From Deltaproteobacteria bacterium (GTDB lineage: Bacteria; Desulfobacterota; Binatia; UBA1149; CAYXZP01): 63,296 nucleotides of DNA. This document shows, piece after piece, positions 29,110 through 38,786 of the stretch; the first letter of the stretch is position 1; every line of letters begins with the position of its first letter. A program made the position numbers and the translations under genes. Below the pieces are notes generated by a model, which made no database searches, was not told where the DNA came from, and saw only the letters and a list, made by a program, of their open reading frames with translations. Location of the stretch: contig JAYGCK010000079.1 of the NCBI GenBank assembly GCA_046583395.1, forward strand, positions 1 to 63,296. The letters are read 5' to 3'.

Positions 29110-29809
29110 CGGCAGCTCCCGGGCTGAACCTGCGGTGCTCGAAGCGCGAGGGATTGGCCGGCGTTTTGGGCACAATCCCCCGCTCGTGGTCCTGGGCGGC
29201 CTCGACCTCACAGTGGAGGGGGGGCAGAGCGTGGCCGTATTGGGCGAGTCGGGGGTGGGCAAGAGCACCCTGCTGCACGTGCTTGCCGCCATTGATCCGG
29301 CCGACGAGGGTGATGTTCTCGTCGAGGGCCGCTCCCTATCCGAAATGACGGGTTCGGAACTGGCCCATATGCGCAGCCGCTCGATAGGACTGATCTTTCA
29401 GTTCCACAATTTGCTTGGCGATTTTGACGCGGTCGAGAACGTGATGCTGCCGTTGCTGGTCGGCGGCCAGGGGCGTGCTGTTGCGCGCCGGCGGGCCCTG
29501 GAGGCCCTCGATCAGGTCGGTCTTAGCGAGCGGATGTCGCACCGTCCTGGCCAGCTCTCGGGCGGCGAACAACAACGCGTGGCGGTGGCCCGCGCGGTGG
29601 CCGTCCGCCCCCGGCTGCTCCTGGCCGATGAGCCCACCGGGAACCTCGACCCGGCCTCGGCCGCGAGGGTGCACGAACTGCTCCTTGAGGTGCAGGCCGA
29701 ACTGGCCTGTGCGCTGGTGGTGGCCACACACAGCACGGCTCTGGCCGGCCTCATGCAACGCTCGCTGCGTCTGGCCGGCGGCCGTCTTTCCGAAGAGGCT
29801 TCTGCGTGA
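29102..29809 (+). CDS. lolD: Lipoprotein-releasing ABC transporter ATP-binding protein
   Basis: Walker [40 protein letters not shown] at 29102. Confidence 0.93.
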   Translation: MSNGSSRAEPAVLEARGIGRRFGHNPPLVVLGGLDLTVEGGQSVAVLGESGVGKSTLLHVLAAIDPADEGDVLVEGRSLSEMTGSELAHMRSRSIGLIFQFHNLLGDFDAVENVMLPLLVGGQGRAVARRRALEALDQVGLSERMSHRPGQLSGGEQQRVAVARAVAVRPRLLLADEPTGNLDPASAARVHELLLEVQAELACALVVATHSTALAGLMQRSLRLAGGRLSEEASA

Positions 29810-32127
29810 GGCGGGGCTTGGTATTGGCCGTACTTGCGGTCCTTGCCGCGCCCCTCGTTGCCGAGGCCGGCCGTTCGGTTGCCAAGGTCCGCTTGGAGGG
29901 CAATTCCCGGGTCGAGGCTGCGGCTATCCGCGTGCACATCGGTCAGCCCACCGGTGCTCCACTCGACGAGGACCGCATCGACCGCGATATCAAGGCCATC
30001 TACGGCATGGGCTTTTTTGACGACGTCTGGGTCAGCACCAAGCCTTCGCCGCAGGGCCCGGTGCTCGTTTATCACGTAAAAGAACGTCCCTACGTGACGG
30101 GTATCGAGTTCGAGGGTATCGACAAGGTTATCCGTGAGGACGTCGAAGCGGTCATCAACGTTCGCGAACGGAACGTATTCGATCCCCGGCAGGCTTGACT
30201 GGGCATCCAGCAGGCGCGCAAGCTCTACACCAGCGAGGGTTATCCCGACGCATCTATCGAGTACGAGCTACGGCCGGGCGAGGACAACACCGCCGAGATT
30301 GTCTACTCGATCGAAGAGGGTCCGTTGGTTCGCGTGGCCGACATACGTTTGGAGGGGGTTCGCGTCTTCAAGCAGCGGGCGCTTCGCAAGCTCATGACCA
30401 CACGCAGCGAATGGATGTTGTCGTGGCTTACCGGGGCCGGGCTGCTCAACGAGGACGAACTTGCCACCGACGTTGAGCGCCTTACCGCCTACTATTACGA
30501 TAACGGTTACATTCATGTCCGGGTCGACGAGCCTTTCATCGAACGGGTCGACGACGGAATGGTGGTCACCATCCGTATCGAGGAGGGGCCGCTCTTCAAG
30601 ATTGGAGAGATAACCTTTGCCGGCCAACTCCTGCTCCCCGAAGACCGGCTGCTGGCCATAAGCCGGCTTACGGCGGGCGGCGTGTTTAGGGCCAGCGAGT
30701 TGCGCGAGGCGATATTCGCCTTGACCGAGGCATACGGGGACCTGGGCCACGCCTTTGCCGATGTGGTTCCCGGCACCCGGGTACGGGCCGAGGACGAAGA
30801 GGTCGATATCGCGTTCGAATTCGACGGCGGCCCCGTTGTCGCCGTTCGCCGCATTGAGATACGCGGCAACACCAAGACCCGTGACCATGTCGTTCGCCGC
30901 GCACTGCGACTGCAGGAGGGGCAGCGCTTTTCCGGGTCGGGACTGACCCGCTCGAAGGTCCGCATACAGCGAAGCGGCCACTTTGAAACGGTCGAACTTT
31001 CGACCAAACGGACCGGGACCGAAGACGAGGTCGACCTGCTGGTCGAAGTCAAGGAGGGCCGGACCGGCTCCTTTTCGGCCGGCGCGGGCTACAGTTCGGA
31101 CGACGAGGTGTTGTTCAATGCGCGAATCGCCGAGCGCAATCTGTTCGGTCGTGGACAGTCGCTGGTCGTTAACACCGACATGGGCACGATACGGCAGAAC
31201 TTCCAGTTCTCCTTCACCGAACCCTGGTTCGGCGGCCGCCCGCTCAGCCTCGGCTTCGACCTGTTCGACTGGCAGTTGGAGTTCGACCGCTTTGTGCGTG
31301 GTGGCCGCGGCTTTGCCGTGCGGCTGTCCTACCCGCTCGAGGAACTGGGGCTGTACCGGCTCGCCCGCCTGTCGCTGCGCGATGTGCGGGCAGGCATAGA
31401 ATATCGCCTCGAGGAGAGCGAGATTGACGGCATCCGGCGGGCGGCCCCACCGAGCGTTAAAGCGGAGGAGGGCGCGCGGATGACCAGCAGCGTGAAGCCG
31501 GTCATCACCCGCAACACGCTCGACCATCCCTTCGACCCTACCCGGGGGTCGCGGCAGATTCTGTCGGCCGAGTTTGCCGGGCTGGGCGGCGATACCGACT
31601 TTCTTAAAATAGAGGCCAGCAGCCGCTGGTTCTGGCCAGTCTATGCGACCAAGGCCGGCCGCCGCTTGGTCCATTCGCTGGGTGTCCGGCTGGGGTTCGG
31701 GCTCGGCGATAGCGGGGCCAGCGGGGAAGAGCTGCCGTTGTTTAAGCGCTATTTCCCGGGCGGGATTAACTCGGTTCGGGGCTACGATACTCGCAGCCTC
31801 GGCCCCGAGGAGGAATTTCGCGAAGACGACGGGGTCAGCTACGTCAAAGAGGCGATAGGGGGAAGCCAGCAGCTCATCATTACCAACGAGCTCATATTTC
31901 CGGTCCTGGCCGATGCCGGGCTCAAGGCCGTAGTGTTTGTAGATGCCGGCAACGCGTTCACCGCATCGGGCGGTATAGACCTAGGGGACCTCAGGTACGC
32001 CGCGGGTTGGGGCATACGTTGGTTGTCACCAATGGGACCGCTGCGTATAGAGGTGGGCTACCCGCTCGACCCCAAGGACGGCGAGGACTCGAGTATCGTC
32101 CAGTTCTCTCTGGGTGCACCGTTCTGA
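29806..32127 (+). CDS. bamA: Outer membrane protein assembly factor BamA, interrupted by one in-frame TGA at 30196-30198
   Basis: Track ORFs 29806-30198 and 30325-32127 are in the same frame, and the sequence between them is open ([15 protein letters not shown]). Signal peptide, POTRA repeats ([12 protein letters not shown]), NLFGRGQ, VRGY loop-6 motif, terminal Phe. 773 codons in total. Confidence 0.93.
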
Positions 32128-32141
32128 AAAAGGGAGACCGT

Positions 32142-32675
32142 ATGAGAAAGACCGCCGCTTCGATTCTGACGCTGTTTGTTCTTGCCGCATTGCCGGTGGC
32201 CGGGGCGTCAGCCGCCGATCTCAATATAGGCTATATAATGGTTCCCCGCTTGCTTGCCGAGACCAAGTTTGGTCAGGCCGCAGCCCGGGAACTGCAAGGC
32301 AAGAAAGCATCGATGCAGAAGGAGCTCGATAGTAAACTGGCCGAGATCAAGGACTTTGAGGCCGATGTGCGCAAACGTGCGACCGTGTTGAGCGAACAGG
32401 AGCGCAAACGCGCGGCCGAAGAGCTTGAACGGCAGATGCGCGAGGCCAAGCGTCTTCAGGAGGATTTCCAACTCAGCCTGCAGCGCACCGAGACTGCCGT
32501 TATGGGCCGCTTTAACCGCCAATTCCAGAAAATCATCCGTGCCTATGGTGCCGACAAGAACTACGACCTTGTGCTCGACTATTCGGTCCTGCTTTACGCG
32601 TCCTCGACGCCTGATATCACCGATGCCGTGATTGCCGAGGCGGACAAAGCCTTCGAAGCAGGGGAGGGCCGCTAG
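32142..32675 (+). CDS. skp: Periplasmic chaperone Skp/OmpH
   Basis: Signal peptide, coiled-coil body, C-terminal YDLVLD...LLYA...DITDAVI. AGGGAG SD before ATG 32142. Confidence 0.9.
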   Translation: MRKTAASILTLFVLAALPVAGASAADLNIGYIMVPRLLAETKFGQAAARELQGKKASMQKELDSKLAEIKDFEADVRKRATVLSEQERKRAAEELERQMREAKRLQEDFQLSLQRTETAVMGRFNRQFQKIIRAYGADKNYDLVLDYSVLLYASSTPDITDAVIAEADKAFEAGEGR

Positions 32676-32678
32676 CTC

Positions 32679-33458
32679 TTGGCCGACGGCATCCACGCGA
32701 CCGCAATCATCTCCAAGGAGGCCCGGCTCGCTCGGGATGTGAGAGTGGGCCCCTATTCCGTTGTAGGGGCCGGGGTCGAGATTGGGGCCGGCTGCTCGTT
32801 GGGCTCACAGGTGACCGTTGAAGGCCCGACCAGTATCGGCGAGAATAACAGCATCTTCCAGTTCGCGAGTATCGGTGCGCCGCCCCAGGACCTCAAGTAC
32901 GCCGGTGAGGACACCCGCCTGGAGATCGGCACGGGCAATACGATTCGGGAGTTCGCTACACTCAACCGTGGGACCGTTGGGGGAGGTGGGACGACGCGGG
33001 TCGGAGATAACTGCCTGTTGATGGCCTACTCGCACGTCGCCCATGACTGCACGCTCGGTGACGGTGTGGTTATGGCCAATGCTGCCACCTTGGCCGGCCA
33101 CGTGACGATAGAGGACTACGGCATAGTTGGTGGTCTTGCCGCTATCCACCAGCATGTCAGGATAGGGAGTTCGGCCATTCTTGGCGGCGGCGCGATGGTC
33201 AGTCTTGACGTTCCGCCTTTCTGCATGGCTGCGGGGGACAGGGCTCGTCTCCAGGGACTCAACGTTGTCGGGCTCAAGCGGCGCGGCCTCTCCAGGGATT
33301 CGATACGTAAGTTGCGCAAGGCCTACCGCACTCTGTTCCAATCCTCTCTCAGGCTCAGCGATGCCGTGGCCGAGCTTGCCCACGACCGCAGCTCGAGTTC
33401 GGAGGTTGGCCAGCTCCTCGACTTCGTCGAGTCCTCCGAGCGTGGGATCTGTCGCTGA
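32679..33458 (+). CDS. lpxA: UDP-N-acetylglucosamine acyltransferase
   Basis: IHATAII, hexapeptide repeats, PQDLKY, IREFATLNRGT, HVAHDC, HQHVRIG, GLNVVGLKRRG. Confidence 0.96.
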   Translation: MADGIHATAIISKEARLARDVRVGPYSVVGAGVEIGAGCSLGSQVTVEGPTSIGENNSIFQFASIGAPPQDLKYAGEDTRLEIGTGNTIREFATLNRGTVGGGGTTRVGDNCLLMAYSHVAHDCTLGDGVVMANAATLAGHVTIEDYGIVGGLAAIHQHVRIGSSAILGGGAMVSLDVPPFCMAAGDRARLQGLNVVGLKRRGLSRDSIRKLRKAYRTLFQSSLRLSDAVAELAHDRSSSSEVGQLLDFVESSERGICR

Positions 33459-33471
33459 GGACGGATGCCTG

Positions 33472-34281
33472 ATGGAACTTATCGGTCTCATCGCCGGTAA
33501 CGGTGGTTTCCCGCTGACCTTTGCGCGAGAGGCTCGTAGGCGGGGGTTTCGCGTGGCGGCCGTTGCCCACCACGACGAGACCGATCCGGCGCTCGAGGCC
33601 GAGGTTGACTCGGTCACTTGGGTGCGAGTCGGCCAGCTCGGCAAGCTCATCGGTGCGCTCAAGGCCGGCGGTGTCGAGCGTACGGTCATGGCTGGCGGCA
33701 TCAACAAGGCCCGCTCGCTGCTTTCGCTCCGGCCCGATGCCCGTGGGGCCAAGGCGCTGGCCCGTGCCGCGGTGCTCGGTGATGATAATATTCTTCGCGC
33801 GGTAGCCGACGAGATCGAGCAGGAGGGAATCTCCGTGATTCCCTCGACGATTTTTCTCGAGAGCCTTCTAGCTCCCGCCGGTCCCATCGCGGGTCCGGCA
33901 CCGAGTCCCGAGGCGCTCGAGGATGTGAACCGTGGTTTTGAACTACTCACCGTGCTCGGTCCCCACGACGTTGGCCAGGGTGTGATGTTGGAGTCCGGGG
34001 CCGTGCTGGCCATAGAGGCCGTAGAGGGAACCGATGCGATGATTTGCCGTGGCGCGGCGTTCGCCAAGGGCCAAGCCGTGGTGGTCAAGGCGGCCAAAGC
34101 GGGCCAGGACATGCGCTTTGATGTTCCTGCGGTGGGTCCGCAAACCCTGGCGGCGATGTCCGAGTCCGGTGCCGGCACATTGGCCATCGAGACCGGCAGC
34201 AGCATCATTCTTGACCGCGCGGCCTTCGACCAACAGGCCGCCGGGCTAGGGATAGCCGTGATAGGCGTTACAAATGACTGA
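33472..34281 (+). CDS. lpxI: UDP-2,3-diacylglucosamine pyrophosphatase LpxI (DUF1009)
   Basis: IGLIAGNGGFP, VRVGQLG, DVGQ, AIEAVEGTD, KAGQDMRFDVPAVG. ATG at 33472. Confidence 0.9.
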   Translation: MELIGLIAGNGGFPLTFAREARRRGFRVAAVAHHDETDPALEAEVDSVTWVRVGQLGKLIGALKAGGVERTVMAGGINKARSLLSLRPDARGAKALARAAVLGDDNILRAVADEIEQEGISVIPSTIFLESLLAPAGPIAGPAPSPEALEDVNRGFELLTVLGPHDVGQGVMLESGAVLAIEAVEGTDAMICRGAAFAKGQAVVVKAAKAGQDMRFDVPAVGPQTLAAMSESGAGTLAIETGSSIILDRAAFDQQAAGLGIAVIGVTND

Positions 34282-35218
34282 ACGCTTGCGTGTCGGGGTC
34301 ATCGGGGTTGGCCATCTCGGACGGCTCCACGCCGAGAAGTATCACGCCCACGGCGGCGTCGAACTTGTCGGTGTCTATGACAGTGACCGACAACGGGCCG
34401 CCGAGGTGGCGGCCGCACAGGAATGCCGGGCGCCGGAAACGTTGGATTCCCTGCTCGCCGGTGTAGATGCGGTCAGTATTGCGGTGCCGACTGCGGCTCA
34501 TCTGGAAACCGGACTGAGGGTGGCCGCCGCGGGCGTCGATATGCTGATGGAAAAGCCCATGGCGGCCGGTTCAATCGAGGCCAAACGCTTGGCCGATGCC
34601 GCGGCCGGGAAGGGGGCCTTGGTGCAGGTCGGCCATCTTGAACGCTTCAACCCGGTGTTCGACGAGATGCGCGCGCTGGTCTCGGAGCCGAAGTTCATCG
34701 AATGCCATCGTCTGTCGCCCTTTGCGGGGCGTGGCGATGACACCAACGTTGTCTATGATGTGATGATTCATGACCTCGACATCATTTCCTTGCTGGCCGG
34801 CGCCGCTGTCGAAAGTGTTGATGCTATTGGCGTGCCGGTGCTAAGCGAGCACGCTGACATCGCCAACGCACGGCTACGGATGCAGGGCGGTTGCACGGCC
34901 AACGTGACCGCGAGCCGTGTGTCGTTAAAGCGGGAACGAAAGATGCGCATATTTCAGGAGGACGCCTACGTCTCTCTCGACTTCGATTTGCGCAACATGG
35001 TGATGGCCCGCCGTGACCCCGGGGCCGCCGGGCCGGACCCGATGTCGGCGATTTCCATCGAAGAGCGTGACCTCGAGGACGGCGACCCGCTGGCCCGCCA
35101 GATCGCGGCTTTCATAGAGTGCGTCGTTACCCGACGGCCGCCCGCTGTCGGACCGGCCGAAGGCATCGCGGCCCTCGAGCTTGCCGACCGGGTGTTGGCT
35201 GCGATGGGGGCTCCCTGA
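34274..35218 (+). CDS. Gfo/Idh/MocA oxidoreductase, GnnA-like (UDP-GlcNAc 3-dehydrogenase candidate)
   Basis: GVIGVGHLG Rossmann motif, EKPM, VGHLERFNP, DVMIHDLD. Its position between lpxA/lpxI and lpxB is the characteristic gnnA position. Confidence 0.75.
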   Translation: MTERLRVGVIGVGHLGRLHAEKYHAHGGVELVGVYDSDRQRAAEVAAAQECRAPETLDSLLAGVDAVSIAVPTAAHLETGLRVAAAGVDMLMEKPMAAGSIEAKRLADAAAGKGALVQVGHLERFNPVFDEMRALVSEPKFIECHRLSPFAGRGDDTNVVYDVMIHDLDIISLLAGAAVESVDAIGVPVLSEHADIANARLRMQGGCTANVTASRVSLKRERKMRIFQEDAYVSLDFDLRNMVMARRDPGAAGPDPMSAISIEERDLEDGDPLARQIAAFIECVVTRRPPAVGPAEGIAALELADRVLAAMGAP

Positions 35219-35222
35219 GCCC

Positions 35223-36350
35223 TTGGCGGGCCGCCGCGTAATGATGGTCGCCGGAGAGGCCTCCGGCGATGCGCAGGCGGCCAAGCTGGCCGCTGCCATG
35301 CACAAGCGCGACCCAAACCTCGAAATTTTCGGGGTAGGGGGTCCGGCCATGCGCCGTGCGGGCGTAGATACCCGATTCGATTCGACGGAGCTGTCCATCA
35401 TGGGCTTTACCGAGGCGCTTGGCGCCCTGGCCCGGGTCAGACGCTGCTATCGCCATCTCAAGGAAACGCTTCGCGGCCCCGGCCGTCCCGACCTTCTCGT
35501 GTTGATCGATTTTCCCGACTTCAACATACCCTTGGCCGGCGTTGCGAGCCGGACCGCAGTTCCGGTGCTCTACTATGTTGGGCCGCAGGTCTGGGCATGG
35601 CGCCGTGGGCGGATTGCCAAGCTGGCACGCCGGATCGACCGAATGATAGTGGTCTTTCCCTTCGAGGCCGAGCTGTACCGGGCACGGGGCATGGACGCGC
35701 ACTTCGTCGGCAATCCGCTCGCCGAGGACGTCAGGCCCAGCGGCCGTGAGGGCGCACTGGCCGGCCTTGGGACCGATGACGAACGTCCCCTGGTTGCGTT
35801 GCTGCCCGGCAGCCGCCGTAAGGAGGTCACCCGGGTCTTACCGGTCATGCTCGAGGCCGCCCGAGCGCTCGAGGACCGGGCCCGCTTTGCCATTGCCGCC
35901 GCCCCAGGCCTCGACCGGAGACTTCTCGAAGCTCTGGTCGGGCACAGTGGCGTGGAAGCGCCTATAATAGGGGGGGAGACATACGACCTGGTCGCGGCCA
36001 GCCGGGCGGTCGCGGTGACCTCGGGTACGGCGACCGTCGAGTGTGCGCTGCTGGGCACGCCGATGGTGGTGCTCTACCGGATGTCCGCGCTTTCCTACTT
36101 GGTGGCGCGTAGCCTGATCGATGTTCCCCATATGGCGATGCCCAACATCATTCTCGAGGAAAGAGCGGTTCCCGAGCTGTTACAGGGAGAGCTGACCGCC
36201 GACCGCCTCTGCGCCGAGTTGAGCCGTCTTCTCGAGGGCGGACCGGCGATTGACCGTTTGCGTGAGAAATTGGCCACCGTGCGCGACCGCCTGGTGCGCC
36301 CCGGGGCCGCCGCCGAGGCGGCCCGCCTGGCCTTGGAGTTGCTGCCGTGA
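35223..36350 (+). CDS. lpxB: Lipid-A-disaccharide synthase
   Basis: VAGEASGD, IDFPDFN, YYVGPQVWAWR, FPFE, LLPGSRRKE, SGTATVE, MPNII, VPELLQ. Likely TTG start at 35223. Confidence 0.96.
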   Translation: MAGRRVMMVAGEASGDAQAAKLAAAMHKRDPNLEIFGVGGPAMRRAGVDTRFDSTELSIMGFTEALGALARVRRCYRHLKETLRGPGRPDLLVLIDFPDFNIPLAGVASRTAVPVLYYVGPQVWAWRRGRIAKLARRIDRMIVVFPFEAELYRARGMDAHFVGNPLAEDVRPSGREGALAGLGTDDERPLVALLPGSRRKEVTRVLPVMLEAARALEDRARFAIAAAPGLDRRLLEALVGHSGVEAPIIGGETYDLVAASRAVAVTSGTATVECALLGTPMVVLYRMSALSYLVARSLIDVPHMAMPNIILEERAVPELLQGELTADRLCAELSRLLEGGPAIDRLREKLATVRDRLVRPGAAAEAARLALELLP

Positions 36351-38083
36351 GCGGCACCAGCACGGGCCGGCGCTTGCTGGCCTATCTCCGGCCTTACGTG
36401 TGGCCCTATTTCGTTGGCGCGTTGCTGTGCATGACCGCTTACAGCGCGACCGCGGGCATCGTGCCCTTTCTTGTCCACAGCTTGGTCGACAAGGTTTTTC
36501 AAGCCGGCGACAACTCGGTGTTGCGGATACTTCCGGCCGTCATTGCCGCGACCTTTGTCGTCCGTGCGGCGGTCAACTTCGGACAAGCCTATCTCGGCGA
36601 GTACGTCGGCCAACACATAGTCTTCGACCTCAGGCGCGGGCTCGACGAGCATATCCAGCATCTCCCGATAGCCTACTTCGACAAGGTGGCTAGCTCGGGG
36701 ATACTCTCGCGAGTTACGACCGACGTCCTGCTGGTTCGCGAGGCCTTGACCGAAGGTGTGGCCGCGATGATTCGCGACACGACCACCGTGCTGGTGCTCC
36801 TGGTCGTGGCTCTCTACCTCGACCACGTGCTTGCCTTCGTTACCCTGGTGGTCTTTCCGAGTGTGGTCCTGCCTCTGCAGAGACTGTCACGGCGGATGCG
36901 ACGGCTCAGCCGCGAAGGGCTCGATACGCTGGGAGCGCTTGCCGCTCTCCTGCAAGAGACCATTCTCGGCAACCGGGTTGTAAAGGCCTTTGGCATGGAG
37001 GGCTACGAAAAAGCGCGGTTCAGCGCCGAGAACACCCGCTTGCTCGGACTGTACATGCGGGCGGCCAAGATCAAGGCCTTCACCACGCCGCTGATGGAAG
37101 TTGCGGCCGCCGTGGGCATTGCCGCAACACTATGGATCGGGGGGGCATCGGTCATCGGCGGAGAGAGAACCGCGGGCGATTTCATGGCCTTCATTACGGC
37201 CCTGGTGCTGCTCTACGAACCGTTCAAGAAGGTGGTTCGCACCAACAATATCCTGCAGACCGGTCTTGGTGCGGCCGAGCGTATCTTTGAGCTGATGGAC
37301 ATCGAGCCCGAGCCGGCCGGCCTGGGCGGGAGCAGGCTTGGGGGTTTTTCAGGAGGGATTCGCTTCGAGGGTGTGAGCTTCGCATACGGTGAGGAGCGCG
37401 TGGTCCACAACGTCGACCTCGAGTTGGCCGCCGGGCAAACGCTGGCGCTGGTCGGACCGAGCGGAGGTGGCAAGAGCACTCTGGCCGATCTCATCCCGCG
37501 CTTTTACGAAGTGGACTCGGGCCGGATTACCATAGACGGCCGGGACCTGCGCGAGATTGAGACGGCGTCCTTGCGCGGACTGATGTCGGTGGTCACGCAG
37601 TTTACCTTCCTTTTCAATGATTCGGTTCGTAACAACATCGCCTACGGAAGGCCTGGCACCGCCGACGAGGACGTGGTCGAGGCGGCAAAGGCGGCCAACG
37701 CCGACGAGTTCATTCGCGGCCTGCCCCGGGGGTACGACACGGTCGTGGGGGAACTCGGGGTGCAGCTGTCGGGCGGGCAGAGACAACGCGTCGCGATTGC
37801 GCGTGCGCTGCTCAAGAACGCGCCCATACTCATACTCGACGAGGCCACCAGCGCGCTCGACAGTGAGTCCGAGCGTCTGGTGCAGGCCGCGGTAGAGGCG
37901 TTGATGGAAGGCCGGACAACGCTCGTCATTGCCCATCGCTTTTCGACGGTGAGGCGAGCCGACCGCATCGCCGTTATCGCCGGGGGAAGGGTAATCGAAT
38001 CCGGGACGCACGAAGAGCTGCTTGAGGGGGGCGAGGTCTACAAGCGTCTTCACGACATGCAGTTCCGGGACGACGCGCCCTGA
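36347..38083 (+). CDS. msbA: Lipid A flippase MsbA (ABC transporter)
   Basis: Six-TM domain, GPSGGGKST, LSGGQRQR, ILDEATSALD, IAHR. Embedded in the lpx cluster. Confidence 0.9.
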   Translation: MSGTSTGRRLLAYLRPYVWPYFVGALLCMTAYSATAGIVPFLVHSLVDKVFQAGDNSVLRILPAVIAATFVVRAAVNFGQAYLGEYVGQHIVFDLRRGLDEHIQHLPIAYFDKVASSGILSRVTTDVLLVREALTEGVAAMIRDTTTVLVLLVVALYLDHVLAFVTLVVFPSVVLPLQRLSRRMRRLSREGLDTLGALAALLQETILGNRVVKAFGMEGYEKARFSAENTRLLGLYMRAAKIKAFTTPLMEVAAAVGIAATLWIGGASVIGGERTAGDFMAFITALVLLYEPFKKVVRTNNILQTGLGAAERIFELMDIEPEPAGLGGSRLGGFSGGIRFEGVSFAYGEERVVHNVDLELAAGQTLALVGPSGGGKSTLADLIPRFYEVDSGRITIDGRDLREIETASLRGLMSVVTQFTFLFNDSVRNNIAYGRPGTADEDVVEAAKAANADEFIRGLPRGYDTVVGELGVQLSGGQRQRVAIARALLKNAPILILDEATSALDSESERLVQAAVEALMEGRTTLVIAHRFSTVRRADRIAVIAGGRVIESGTHEELLEGGEVYKRLHDMQFRDDAP

Positions 38084-38093
38084 GCCGGCGGAT

Positions 38094-38786
38094 ATGCTGA
38101 GGCGACTGCGACGCAACGCGCGCTTTGCGCGGGCCGAGATAGCCGTGCTCGGCTCTTTGGCGCTGGGCCTGATGCGTTTTCTCAGGATGACGACCCGGAT
38201 GACCGTGCACAACGGCGAAGTTCTCGAGGAAAACTGGCGGCGCGGCCGCGCGATGGTCTTCGTGAGCTGGCACGGCCGTTCGATCATGTTGCCGTTCACG
38301 TATCGGGGGCACAGTGTTCACATACTCAACAGCACCCATCGTGACGGCCAGATTATCACGCGCGCTCTACTGCGACTGGGCATGAAGACCTCGCCGGGTT
38401 CGTCGACCCGGCGTGCGATAGCCGGTACCCTCGGTCTGGTCCGCGCGCTGGCCGCCGGCGGCGATGTCGCACTTGTTACCGACGGGCCCCGCGGTCCGGC
38501 CGGCGTGGCCAAGCCCGGTGCGGTCGAGTTGGCGATGAGGGCAGGGGCGCCGGTCGTGCCCATGGCCTTTAGCGCCAGACCGGCGCTGCGCTTGAGCGGG
38601 TGGGACCGGATGATGCTCCCGGTCCCGGGCGGCAAGGTCGTCTGTGTGGTCGGTGAACCGATAGAGGTCGGCAAGGGCCGCGACCCGGTCCTGCGCGAGT
38701 CCTTGCGTGCCGAGGTCGAGCGAAGACTGGCCGAGCTGTGCCGCCACGCCGACCGGCTTGCCGGTAGACCCGAAGAGCCGGTATGA
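38094..38786 (+). CDS. DUF374 lysophospholipid-acyltransferase-family protein (LpxJ-like late lipid A acyltransferase candidate)
   Basis: SWHG, STHRDG, GSSTR, VTDGPRGP...KPG, WDRMMLP. Lies between msbA and waaA; ATG at 38094. Confidence 0.75.
   Translation: MLRRLRRNARFARAEIAVLGSLALGLMRFLRMTTRMTVHNGEVLEENWRRGRAMVFVSWHGRSIMLPFTYRGHSVHILNSTHRDGQIITRALLRLGMKTSPGSSTRRAIAGTLGLVRALAAGGDVALVTDGPRGPAGVAKPGAVELAMRAGAPVVPMAFSARPALRLSGWDRMMLPVPGGKVVCVVGEPIEVGKGRDPVLRESLRAEVERRLAELCRHADRLAGRPEEPV

Noticed and set aside
30196-30240. Alternative genetic code or selenocysteine recoding as the explanation for the bamA TGA
   Set aside because: Most genes in the window end properly at TGA, so TGA is a stop. 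The position is not a Cys-like catalytic site. Only a 4-bp stem (CTGG-GCAT-CCAG) follows, too weak to call a SECIS.
29806-32127. Two separate genes (small POTRA protein plus truncated BamA), as in the ORF track
   Set aside because: Both pieces share one frame, the sequence between them codes for a POTRA helix, and the downstream piece would lack a signal peptide.
23841-34208. Long antisense or alternate-frame ORFs (e.g. 23841-25259 +, 30268-31674 -, 32805-34208 -; also 48525-49679 -)
   Set aside because: They lie entirely opposite well-supported genes and show no recognisable motifs. Such shadow ORFs are expected in high-GC DNA with biased third-codon positions.
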